Below, piece by piece: positions 44,692 to 56,900 of a DNA stretch of 64,000 nucleotides. The notes beneath the pieces are model-generated. The model saw nothing but the letters and a program-made list of their open reading frames with translations. It was not told where the DNA came from and searched no databases. The stretch is from Schizochytrium sp. TIO01 (taxonomy: Eukaryota > Protista > Bigyra: Labyrinthulomycetes). Positions within the stretch are counted from its first letter, which is position 1, and each line of letters opens with the position of its first letter. The position numbers and the translations under genes are program-made. The stretch lies in assembly GCA_004764695.1 (NCBI GenBank), contig SMSO01000032.1:8216483-8280482 (forward strand), written 5' to 3'.

Positions 44692-47016
44692 TTACATAGT
44701 GTTGGATCTGCGAAAGCGATACCTGTCGTCCAAATAGGCGGGATCCAGATAGGCCGCTTGTTGTTGCTGCTGATGTTGTTGTTGCTGCTGGTACTGTTGA
44801 TGATAAATGTTTGCGAGCTCTGCAGCTTTTAAGCGGGCCAACTCCTTGCGGTATTCCTCTGCAGTTGCGCGCTCTCGAGCGAGCTCGGTTTCAAATTCTG
44901 TCCGAAGTATTCCGCCGGGACCTCCGGATAACAAAAGGGCCTCTGCACTAGGTCTTGTAGCAACATCCTTAAGAAGCATGAGACGAATCAGGGACTGAAT
45001 ATCCATAGATACACGGGACATAGCTTCCAGATTTAGGTTGCCGTCGCGAATTTCATGCCACTCGGGTCCGTTTGCAGGAAGCTCACGGCCAAGAACCATT
45101 TCATAAAGCGACGCACCAAGAGAAAAGATGTCGCCTTTTGTCAGCTGGCGATAGTCCTCATTTAAAATCTCGCGTGCCATGTATCGAGAGTCTCCTTCCT
45201 CAACATCTTGCACAAACGAAAGTTCATCACGAGGCTTTGTGTTAGAGTCAAGCGTAAGCACCGACGGGGAGGATGGATTGATAGACTGCATGGAGCTGAG
45301 GCGGCATAATGGCGTGCGACTTGCGTCACAGATTGACGTAGACCTCTGCAACGAGGGGCTTGGGTTTACTGCAGGAGTTGAGGAAGCCCCAAAAAATGTA
45401 GGACGTGAAACCCCTGCCTCTGCAGATGATGGAGACGGTAAATTAGACTGCTCCGGCTCGTTTTCGCCGGTAGTCGGAATTCTGGCGAGACAAGCATGTC
45501 CCAAATCGCCAACCTTAAACACATTGTTTTTGACAAAAATATTGGCTGGCTTGATGTCGAGGTGGACAAGATTGTGTTTATGGAGGCTCCGCAATGCCTC
45601 CAAAACTTGACGAGCCAAAGTACGGACGGCCACATCAAGACCTTGCGGATAGCTCTTTGTACGAATCATGTCCTGAAGACTCTTGTCGCAGAGCTCTGTT
45701 TGGATGAAGAGTCGTCCATCTTCAACGAATGCGCCAAAGTAACGTACAATGTGCGGACTATCCTCCTCATTACAGAGTGCAGACAATGCAAAGACTTCCT
45801 TTAGAACACGTTCGCGATCGGCTCGGCCCTTAAATCTTTGTTTGGTGACTTTTACTGCATAAAGGCATCCATCGAGACGGTTCCGGCATTTAAACACAGT
45901 TCCAAAAGTACCTGTTCCAAGGATGCCCTCTTCTTCGAACTCCTCTTGGAAGCGAGACCGGGTAACCCCGCCGCCGGAACTTTCCGAAGATCCACGCGCA
46001 CGTGCGGTTCTCTTCCTACGTGCACTCGATGCACATGGTGTGCGTGACTGCGCCGGCGATTGTGGAGGTGGACATGGGCTTGCAGTTCCGTGGTGTCGCA
46101 TAAATCGGCGTTGAGGTCCTGATGACATTTCCTCTTCCTCATCAAGAAGGTCCCCTTCAGCTTTTGGTGATTCGCACCTGAAGATTGGGGGTGGCATGTC
46201 CCGCTCCGAGACGCTACACGTGCGTTTCATCTGCGTACAGAGTGCAGAGTTCGGTGAACCGTCGCGGCCTGGCGTAGAGACTTCAGGGGTGCACGGAATT
46301 ACCGGGGTGCTGCAGTCGCGAGGTTTGTTGAGTTTCTTTATTGTGCTTGGCATTACAGGTACTGGTGATTCACCGACATCAAAGAGAAGTGTTTCACCAA
46401 TGTCTCCACGACCGCGAGGCTTTCTGACAGCAGTCTTTGCAGCCAGGGATGCTGTTGAGAACAAGTTCAAGTTCAAGTTCCCCGCCCCCGCGGGGTCCAT
46501 TTCGTTCTCGTCGTTGACATCAGATTTCCGAGTTCTTCTACGCGGAGCTGGGCTGTTAAACAGCATTGTGACCTCAGGCGAGTGGTTTGCGATTTCGTCG
46601 CTATCCGTACTGCAACTGCTGCTGTTCATGCTCGGGTAGAAGCTCTGCGAATTGCAGGTGCTCGCATGGCTGAGCGAGGAATCATTCAGATTAGCGGAAT
46701 AGAATGGATTAATGTTGGTTTGGCGTGTACAGTCAAGCAGACCTTCGGGTTCGTCACCTGGTGACCCAAAGTCAATGTTCTGCCGTGACCTGTTGTTCTC
46801 CTTACTATCAGGGGAATCGAAAAGCATTTTGCGAGGACTCTGTGGATTGAATACTGGCTTTTCGTCACTCTCTCTACAGAGCTCTGGCGTGGAGCGGTAA
46901 AAACGCACAGGTGTGTGCATCTTGCGGCGTTTCCACGCAGGTGAATGCCCTCGCTGGCCAGGAGAGTCGAAAAGCCTGTCACCTGCATGACCTCTTGCAT
47001 CAGTCTGCCCTGGCAT
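44692..47016 (-). CDS. WEE1: Wee1-family protein kinase, 774 aa
   Basis: SRFQEEFEE..LGTGTFGTVFKCRNRLDGCLYAVK, EVFALSAL, HIVRY, HLDIKPAN, KVGDLG, EEGDSRYMAREIL, KGDIFSLG and LPANGPEWHEIRDG are Wee1-specific. The N-terminus is SP/TP-rich and regulatory. Confidence 0.93.
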   Translation of the reverse strand: MPGQTDARGHAGDRLFDSPGQRGHSPAWKRRKMHTPVRFYRSTPELCRESDEKPVFNPQSPRKMLFDSPDSKENNRSRQNIDFGSPGDEPEGLLDCTRQTNINPFYSANLNDSSLSHASTCNSQSFYPSMNSSSCSTDSDEIANHSPEVTMLFNSPAPRRRTRKSDVNDENEMDPAGAGNLNLNLFSTASLAAKTAVRKPRGRGDIGETLLFDVGESPVPVMPSTIKKLNKPRDCSTPVIPCTPEVSTPGRDGSPNSALCTQMKRTCSVSERDMPPPIFRCESPKAEGDLLDEEEEMSSGPQRRFMRHHGTASPCPPPQSPAQSRTPCASSARRKRTARARGSSESSGGGVTRSRFQEEFEEEGILGTGTFGTVFKCRNRLDGCLYAVKVTKQRFKGRADRERVLKEVFALSALCNEEDSPHIVRYFGAFVEDGRLFIQTELCDKSLQDMIRTKSYPQGLDVAVRTLARQVLEALRSLHKHNLVHLDIKPANIFVKNNVFKVGDLGHACLARIPTTGENEPEQSNLPSPSSAEAGVSRPTFFGASSTPAVNPSPSLQRSTSICDASRTPLCRLSSMQSINPSSPSVLTLDSNTKPRDELSFVQDVEEGDSRYMAREILNEDYRQLTKGDIFSLGASLYEMVLGRELPANGPEWHEIRDGNLNLEAMSRVSMDIQSLIRLMLLKDVATRPSAEALLLSGGPGGILRTEFETELARERATAEEYRKELARLKAAELANIYHQQYQQQQQHQQQQQAAYLDPAYLDDRYRFRRSNTM

Positions 47017-48264
47017 GATGTTATCGTCTGTTCTGCACTAGTTGATCCTCGTGATCTAAAGTTCTACGTTCCTACAATAGACTATAACTTTATGCAGAGT
47101 TTAGCACGCGTTCCGCGAGAGCGCCAACTCTGGCCTCCGCTTTCGAAACCTCCAAAGGTTGCGAGCTCCACAATGTCTAATGCACAGTCAACCTAAAGAA
47201 CTTAAGCACACCTCAATGCCCTTCTTCTTGCCTTCGCCCTCAAAGTCCTTGATCTCCTCAAGGTTGACGCCGCAGTGATCTCGAGCAAAGCAGTTTTGCC
47301 CGTGCTGCTTCTGTGATTAGGCACTCTTTCCTATAGTAACAATAGGGACCACGAAAGCAGTTTTACACTCTCCTGGCAGAAGGAAGAAGAGCCCAAAAGA
47401 GAGAACTGATCGAAGCAGCACCAAGACCTCGCTTGACGAGAGCTGCGTGGAGAGTTTGTTGGTCTCAGGCACTTAGCCTCGATTGTGTATGTGAGTGAGT
47501 GTGCGACTCCGTCGACGCACTACCACGGTGACGTCTTCTTCCTTGCAGCGCTCTTCGTTTGGTGTTTGTTTCTATGTTTCCTGTTTCTTTGTTTGTTCTT
47601 ACTACTTATTTTTTACTTCAGTTCGTGCTCTCTTTCTCTTCTTGTTTGTTTCTTTATTTGTTGTAGATCTTGACGCCAACTACAGCGCTGGTTCGTCCCC
47701 TCGCTCCCAGGTGCTTATCGAGACACTCCCAGGTCTTCTCTGCCGTCGCAAAGACCGAGTTGGCAGCGATGCGTGACTGCTTCGCCAATCGATCGATCAA
47801 CCAATTGCTCGCGCGAGAGACCAAAAGTTCTCAACATTGCGGTATTTTTCTCTTTGATTTGTACTTTATTATTTTTATAATGTAAAAACTACATAGAAAG
47901 CAATCATCTTAAAACGCTCCAGTTACCCCAAACTATAATACATAAATTTTAACGAGTAAACGAAGAGGGACAAAAGAGGATCATCATCATCGCTTGATAA
48001 CAGTACTACGTATTATGCAAATACCCATGGAGCGGTAGGCCTGTCAAGGAAGAGGAGTCCTCCTAGTAGTCGATTATTGCCACTCTCTCACAACGAGTCT
48101 CACTGAGGGCAAGTGGAGCATGGAAAAACAGTATTCATTTTCCCGCACGGAGAGCGATGACACAGAAGAAGAAGCCAAACTAAGCCAAGGTTAAAAAAAC
48201 TACAGAAACAACTCCGTTTGATCTCGTCCCGCGAGGGGCTTTATGGGAGTTTCTTCATCTCATT

Positions 48265-48359
48265 ATACCAAAACCCCCAAACAGCCTTAAAATAAATCAA
48301 TCCCCCAATGATTAATTGGGGGTTTTTAAGGAAGTTTTATGTTGGGGCAGTTTTGGTAT
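48265..48359. repeat. Imperfect ~95-bp inverted repeat (hairpin / MITE-like)
   Basis: Nested complementary arms: ATACCAAAAC/GTTTTGGTAT, CCCCAA/TTGGGG, CCTTAAAA/TTTTAAGG and CCCCCAAT/ATTGGGGG. Confidence 0.8.
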
Positions 48360-49449
48360 TTAAGACTTGCAATGTAGCCCCTTTGGGCGGTTTCGGGCCA
48401 GCGCCATAGTTATTGTTGATTCATCGATCAATCAATCGATCGATTGATTCGTTCGTTCATTGATTCATTAGTTGAGGTGCCGTTTATCTTTCGTTTGGGT
48501 GAGCACAAGTCGCGATTGCGCATGATACGAACCACGTAGTATGGCCTACTGTATATTGGAACTTGCTCTGGCAGGTCTGAGATCGTTCCTGGCCAGGTCG
48601 CTCTCAGTGAGCGAGACTGAGCATCGAACAAACTCAGGATTGATTGCAATCTGTGTATGAATGATCGATCTATCTTTTGCCGCGGCGGTTGCGGAAAAAC
48701 GAGAGCGGCGATTGAAGATTTTTCAAAGCTTGCGCGAAGTCCCTTTTTTAAGTTCAGGTTTCCTTTAAAATATAAGCTACGAAAAGCGCGTGCTACTTTA
48801 CCGGAATGGGAAGGTTATGGGAACGAAGGGAAGTCGAAGCTCCTGTTGAGGCGCTTGCGAGAGGCGTGGAGTTTGCTGGTGAATACTAGAGGGCTTGTGA
48901 GCTTGAGGGACTGAAGGACTGGCGCGAAGAGCCCAGAGTTTGTGGAACATTGTTTTGTGGAGCGGCTGGAAAACTTGTGCATAGCAATATTAAATTTTGA
49001 AGATGTGTTGACTTTTTCATGGTATCGAGAGATCAATCAGGTTAGAGATAAATTGGAGTTTGAAGACATGGAGTGGCGTCTAAGGAAAGAGGCTAGTAGT
49101 GTTCTTCGAGCAGTATCCTCTATTTACTTTGAATAGAACACTCTAGGGTTCGTGTGATAGAGTGAGATTCATGTCAAATGCTGACAGGAAAGGTTCTTCT
49201 TGCAAGGTTTTAAAAGAGGAGTACCATGGCGACACGAGACATCCCCGATAGTATTGTTTTCCATAGCCTTAAAAGGTATAGAACTTCTTCGGTCTTTCAA
49301 ACAACTTTCCAAGATTACAATACAGAAAGTCCAAGGTTTTTGCTAGATTGATTCTCAGGCAAAATCAACATTCAATTTGAGAAGATTTCTTCATGTAATG
49401 ATTATGTGGGGTGCCCGGTTGATAAAGAAATTACGTTAAGATCTGAGGA

Positions 49450-49496
49450 AAGATTTGGGCATAAGATTTGGGCATAAGATTTGGGCATAAGATTTG
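49450..49496. repeat. 13-bp tandem repeat (AAGATTTGGGCAT) x3.6
   Basis: Read directly from the sequence. Confidence 0.92.
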
Positions 49497-50933
49497 ATTC
49501 GACTAACAATCTTCAAGGATGGAATTTATATTAAACTAAACCTTTTTCCATACGAATCATGAGCGTTATCACCACAGAAAAATGCAAGATTTAAATATTC
49601 CTTCAACAATATACCCTATCTTCTTTAAGTGCACTTGCTTCTTTTAAAAAATAACTTTAATGTATCATGTTTCTGTATTAATTAGATGCAAACAGAACTC
49701 AAACTTGAATCCACTTTAGATTACTTTATTACAAAAGTGTTGTCAGTCAATGCACGCCTGATGCGTCATATGATACTGTAAATTTAATTTCACAAAGTTG
49801 CATGCATCTACACGCAAAAAGGCCTTTTTCAATTTCACTTTGATCCAAAGAGAGCTGTTGTACATCTCAATTGATTACGTCGAGGCGGTCGCCGAATTCA
49901 CTTTGATTTATCATGAAGTGTTATTTCCCATAACTTACCCCCGATTTGCTTAATGCAATAGTGCATTGTGTAGATATCAATCTTGAGGAAAATTGATCTC
50001 AGAGAAAAAAGTGCTTCTCCAAAAATTCAAGCAAGGCTGACCCTAAAGGAAGTCGTCACGCCTTTTCTTCTTCTTTTTTTTTTTCCGAGCTAGTCTGGGT
50101 GAGAATCGAATTGACTGAGCGAAGAAGAATCACCTTCTACATATTTGAGGCTCAAAAATCACGACCCAACAAAAGCAGTGGTAGTATCATATCAACAAAA
50201 ATAGTTTCAGCCTTTTTTCAAGTAGAACAATATCAAGTTGTATTCATCATCACAGTTAAAAGAATTTTCTCGCCCTCCCAAATTCACGGCAAAATCCTCT
50301 GAAAATGTAACAGTGCTTTCATTTGACAAATCCAAAAAAGTTCATGCTATAAAGCTGCAAAGGAATCTCACAGACAAAAGAGTATTTATTCATCTGCAAG
50401 TTTCCCTTCTTGACGCAAAAAAAAAGCCCTCCACATAACAGAGGCTCCATTTGGAAAGCAAATGGTGTGGCTTACTTGTGATCTTAATTTTCTTTTTTAA
50501 ATGAAAAAATAATATAGAATATTTTCCTAATGTATATTGTTGGAAAAAGAAATTTCGTATTTAAAAATCAATCAACGAATGGTATAACTCCTGGATTAAT
50601 TCCGCAATGTCATTGGCTATTCTCGCTTTGCTTGAGCTCTATGAATTTGACTCGAGAAGCTCTTAATTAAAAATAATGCTTGCCCATGCATTCGTAGCGT
50701 CCTTTGGGGTTACCTTTAAAATTATACACTGCGCACGGAGGAAGTTTCCGGACCGTTGGGCCTCTTTTGGCGGAACAAATAGGCCTCTATTCCAGGTGAC
50801 CTCGGCAAGGACCCAACAACACAGGAGGGGGAGCGATTTTCTTGCAAAGGCAAGCTGGGATTCACAGGACGCGTAATTAAATTTACGCAGAAGGTCTCTG
50901 AAGTCAGAGCTTAAATTAGCTGGGCCAGAGATC

Positions 50934-53900
50934 ATGAACTCGCGAAGAGGATCAAGTTTACATCGCCCAGGAACTCGAGTGGAGGCCAAATTTCGAGGAG
51001 GGCCTCGGTGGTACAAGGGGACTATTGCGCGGGCCAATCGTGATGGAACGTATGACATCGAGTACGATGATGGAGACGCAGAACAGGGAGTTGCAGACCA
51101 TATGATTCGGGTGGCAGGGAGAGGTGCAATGGATGATTCGGCCATTTCGACTTCACCTACACGTACAACACGCGGTGCGAGCCCAGGTTTTAGCAGAAAT
51201 GCAAGGGGAAGAGGCCCGTCTTCTTCTGCATCTTCATCAACCAAGCGCATTGAATTAATTGACAAACTTGAGGCAAAGGCGACCAGTCAGCGTGATATTG
51301 ATCGATTTATGCAGGCATTTGAAGCGGCTGATCGCAAAGCTACGGGCACAGTTCATGCACGAGATTTTGGTAGAATTCTCAAGAGTCTGAGGATAGACTT
51401 TAATCCTGGCGATCTTCGAGAGGCTTTACAAAACTTTGGCGATGGGCGAACTTCTGTCGATTATCATAAATTATTAGGTGCTATTCAAAGTCAGGGTTCA
51501 GGAGGCGTCAGTCCATCCCGTGGCAGAGAACCCACTTCAGAGAGCGACGATGGTGGTCAAGTTTTTTCTCGAGGCGATCGAGTTGAAGCGCGTTACAAGA
51601 ATGGAAGGAAGTACTTCCCTGGAGTAATTAAACGCAGTAACGGTGATGGTACATATCAAATTGCATATGATGATGGTGACGCAGAATCGAACGTGGACGG
51701 CCGCATGATTCGCTTAATGTCTGACTCATCGGTCTCTGCTGATGACGATCCTTTGCAAAGTGGTGGAGGCGGCTCACCCCGTGGGAATAAGGAACAGGAA
51801 GCTCAAAGAATTGCAGATATGCTCGGCCGAATTAACACAACAGAAAAACGGATTACAGACCTACAAGACAGCTTTGAAATGCTTGATCAGGATGGCAGTG
51901 GGAAAATCATGGCAAGGGAATTCGAGCGCAATGTTGATCGAGCTCGCCTTGGTATACCATTCTCTCTTGTTAAGGACATATCATCAGCACTAGGCTCTGA
52001 CGGGAAAGTACGCTATAGCATTTTAATTAAAGCACTCCGGATCGCCAGTGGTCAGAGCGGTCGATCTAGCTCCTCCCCTACGAAACGGGGTTCGCCCGCG
52101 CGAAGCTCCTCTAGGGAGAGAAGCAGCAGCATGGCCGAAGCAGACATAAAGTTTCGACCTGGTCAACGCATCGAAGCAAGAATGAGAAAAGGGCGAAAGT
52201 ATTTTCCTGGTGTTATTGAACGTGAACGCCCGGACGGTACTTATGATATAATGTATGACGATGGTGATACGGAAACAAGAGTGTCAAGTATATATATACG
52301 AGCAAGTTTACCAACAGTTGATAGTATGAGTGCCCTTGGGGAGGGAGCTATTGGCGGCTTTGGAGATTCTGCAGAATTCAATGTTGGAGACAAAGTAGAA
52401 GCCCGCTTCAAGGGCGGCCGTAATTTTTTTAAAGGGACGATTGAAAAGGTCAATCGCGACGGTTCCTGCGATATTGCTTACGCTGATGGAGATTTTGAGA
52501 GACGAGTAGCCCCAGAAAATATTCGCCAGCTAGATACACCAGATAAACTCACAAATTCCAATATAATGGGCGATGAATCAGATGATCAGGCACCTATCCG
52601 CGCTGGTGACCGTGTCGAAGCGCTATATAAAAGAGGCACCAAATGGTACCCGGGAACGGTAGACAAAGTATACCCGAGTGGTGCATGTGACATTAGTTAT
52701 GATGATGGAGACCAAGAGAAGCGAGTAAGCCCACGCAATGTTCGGCGTATCGCGAAAAGCACAGGCAGCCGTCAAGCGTCTCGAGGGGGCAGAAATTCTG
52801 ATTTACGGGGAAGACGGGGCATGGATACGGATGAAGATGTGTCAGACTTTGACGATGGTCCAGGTTCCCAGAGTTCAAGATTTGGTAACCGAAACTCATC
52901 TAAACAAGAGAGACTACAGCGTGGTGCTGCTGTTGAGGCACTTTTTAAGGGTGGTCGAAAATGGTACAAAGGAAAAGTTCTGAGAGCGAATCCTGATGGC
53001 TCGTATGCTATCAGTTACGATGATGGAGATCGTGAGTTGAAGGTGCCAGCAGAGATGGTTCGTTCTTTAGAACCAGCTTCATCATTTAATGATGAGGGTA
53101 GTGGAGCTACTTCATTCAAGGTTGGTCAGAACATAGAAGCTCGATTTCGCGGTCGTCGCAAATACTTTCAGGGAATCATTTCTCGAGTAAATCGTGACGG
53201 TACGTATGCTATTGACTATGCTGATGGTGACCAAGAACGTGCAGTAGACGCATCGATGATCAGAGCTTTAGGGGGGTCTCCTCGAGGTGGTATTGAAGTT
53301 GAGGAACCTAAGCAATTGCAACGAGGTGATCTTGTTGAAGCTCGTTATAAGGGCGGCAAAAGGTTCTACAAGGGTAAAATCATGCGTGTAAATATCAATG
53401 GAACCTATGATATTGCATACGATGATGGTGATAGGGAACGAGGAGTTAGCGCTGAAGATGTGCGTTCGCTCAAGGAAGCAACAACTGGCCGTGGAGATCG
53501 AGAGGGAGGTAGGGACCCTCCAGGTCTAAGAGTAGGGTCGCTTGTCGAAGCTCGGTATCAGAGAGGCCGAAAGTGGTTCAAAGGTAAAATTACACGCGTA
53601 AACACGGATGGTTCATTTAACATTGCATACGATGACGGAGATCAAGAAACTCGAGTTCCTGCAAGTTTGGTGCGCTCTCTTGAAGATGAAGGTACAGAAA
53701 CGGCTTTGGAAGAAGAGCACGAGCTTTCCCGTGGCGACCTCGTTGAAGCACTTTTCAAGAATGGACGAAAGTATTATAAAGGAAAAATTGTCCGTAGAAA
53801 TTCGGATGGTACTTATGCAATTCATTATGACGACGGTGACCGTGAGTTGCGTGTCTCGCGAGATAAGATCAGACCTTTAGGTGACCCCGACAAGTTTTCA

Positions 53901-56900
53901 ACGCGATCTAAAAGCCCAAGTCGTACCAGTAGAGGGTTTGGCGATGAATCTCCAATAGGTGAGATTCAGCGTGGAGATAGAGTCGAAGCGCGTTTCCGTG
54001 GTGGGCGCAAATATTTCAAGGGCAAAATCATGCGCGTTAATGCAGATGGGACATATGACATTGCCTATGATGATGGTGACCGCGACCGAAGCGTTCCTGC
54101 TGAGCATATTAAAAAAGGAGAGGAGGATGGACGTTCCCCACACTCGAGCCCAAGTCGCCAGCGTAAAGGTTATGAAATAGATACAGATGATGAATTTGAG
54201 AATAACCAACGTGAAGGAAGATCTGCGGGATTGAAAGAGGGGATGCGAGTTGAAGCACAATTTCGTGGTGGAGCAAAGTACTACAAAGGAAGAGTCACAC
54301 GCGTCTACGCAAATGGGTCTGCTGACATAGCTTACGACGATGGAGATAAGGAACGCATGGTGTCTGCGTCCAAGATTCGCTCTTTGGATTCTCCCTCATC
54401 ACCGCGAAATAACAGGTCCAAAGCTGATGACGAAGAGCTTATGGAGGGGGATCGTGTCGAAGCTCCGTATCGTGGAGGTCGAAAATACTACAAAGGTAAA
54501 ATCAGTCGTGTTAATCGAGACGGAACTTGTGATATTGCTTTTGATGACGGAGACCGTGAGCGAAATATTGTAAAGGAAAGCATTCGAAAACTCGCTTCGT
54601 CTCCTCGTCACTCCACTCCAGTAAAACTTCGTCGTGGCGATCGAGTAGAAGCCAAGTACAAGAATGGGAAAAGATACTACAAAGGAACTGTGGATCGAAC
54701 TTATCCTGATGGTAGTTGTGATATCAAATACGAAGATGGAGACTTTGAGCGCCGCGTAATTGCTGAGAACATCAAGCCCTTAGATAATATTGATGATCTA
54801 TCCGGCGGTCGTGGCTCTCGTAGCCCTCGTAGCCCTCGTAGCCCTCGTAGCCTTCGTGACCGGAGCCCTCGTAGTAGAAGCGCCCAAAGAGGAATGGAAA
54901 CTGAAACAGAGGACGAAACGGATGAGATCAAAGAAGGAGATCGCGTTGAGGCCAGATTTAAAGGTGGAGCAAAGTACTATCCAGGCAAAATTACTCGAGT
55001 GAATCGGGATGGATCTTATGCGATCTTATACGACGATGGCGATCGGGAGCTTCGGGTGAAACCCAGTTTTGTAAGAGCCAAAGGCGGTAATCAACGGCGC
55101 TCAGTATCACCTCGACGGACTACATCCCGAGATCGCGAACCAGAGTATTCAGAGACAGAAAGCGAAGAAATCTTTCGTCAAGGAGACCGAGTTGAAGCGC
55201 GCTTTAAAGGCAAGGCTAAATACTACAAGGGCAAAATTGTTCGTGTGCGGGCCAACGGAACCTATGACATCGCCTATGATGATGGAGATCGTGAAACTCA
55301 TGTAGAAGCTACTCTTATACGCCGCATGGGCCGAGAGAGATCTTCTTCTCCGTCTCGCAATAGAAAGTCAAGAGACCGAGATGAGTACTCAGACTCGGAA
55401 ACAAATGATGAAAATGGACATGAGCTTGCGGAACTCTTAGGCCGTATTCTCAAGAAGGGTTTCCGAACTAATGCTATGCGAAATTACCAAGAGGTATTTG
55501 ACTCAATTGATGTCAATGGTGATGGCTTCGTCAGTCGTTTAGAGCTTGGGCGAGCTCTTGACAAACTTGGTCTTCGGTATACCAGTACTGAACTTCGATC
55601 CATGGTAAGATTGCTTGATCGAAATGGGGACGGTCGTCTTTCATATCGTGAATTTGTACAACTTCTCAAGCGTAGTGATAAGAGTTCATCATCTTCGCCT
55701 CGTGGACGAAGTCGTAGTAAAAGCCGAGCTGATTATAGTAGCGATGAGTCTTCAGATGATAATGACCGGACACGTAGGCGCAGGTCTCCGCGTCGGCAGT
55801 CTCATAGTCGCGGACGTAGTCGAGCCCGCTCACGTAGCCGGAGTCCAACGCCAAGTGCAAGTGATTGGTCCGAAAGTGACATCGATGGGGACGATGCCTG
55901 GGATTCAGATGGTGAAGACGCAGCAGCAGGTGGGGTTGTCGTTCGTAATTTTGAAAACTACGTCGGAAAAGTCATTCTCAAGGATACACGAAAACGATTC
56001 AAGACGGCATTTGAACGTGCAGACAGCCATAGTCGAGGCTATATTTACGCTGACAGACTGCAATCTGTACTAGGAAAGATCGGCATTCGCAAGCGAATTT
56101 CTGGCAATCTTCAAAAGAAACTTGCAAGAAAATATGGTCGAGGCACGAAGTCTAAGATCTTCTATCGCGATTTAGTAGCAGGGTGTAAAGAGGCAGCATC
56201 CAATGATCATGATGATGAAAGCCATGCTGCTCGGATTGGAAGACTCTTACCTCGCCTACAAAGAGCGGTTGTTGAGCATGATGTTGATGCGCAAGTTCGA
56301 GAGCAGCTTGATAAAGATGGCCAAGGAACGGTTGAGCGCAAAGACCTCAGTAAACTACTAGGAAAAATTGCTTCCATCAAACGAGCAGAGAAAGTTACTT
56401 TGTTAGAATTCCTAGCTAACTTTCTTGGCGATGACGGGAAGATAAAGTATGACGAGGTACTTGACTACATCAGGAACTCAAAGACCCAGGATAACACGCC
56501 AGGATGGAAACGGGCAACCTCGAATGTGGATATTCAAAAAGGGATCGCAGCGTTGCGTGCTGAAAAGGAGAGGATGGAAAAGGAAGGAGTTGATCCTCTT
56601 GTCTTTCAGGTGATGAGAAAACTTCAGCAGGTCGTTTCCGATGCTCTGCACTCTGGTGCTGTAGGAGATTACAGCGACGCGTTTGAGTTATTTGACCTGG
56701 ATAAAGATGGAATAGTTACACATGCTGAGATGACTCGAGCATTAGCAGAACTTGGATTTGATCTCTCCCCTGAAGAAACTAGCAAGGTACTCTTGAAACT
56801 AGATCCTGACGGCACTGGTGAAAAGATGGACTACAGACATTTTCTTATGTTTGTCACCCGTGGATCTGACCGCGACCAATGGGCCCTTAGTTCATCAGGA

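Noticed and set aside
30117-47016. SKA1 and WEE1 as a cell-cycle gene cluster
   Set aside because: Two genes 14 kb apart with unrelated genes between them; not distinguishable from chance.
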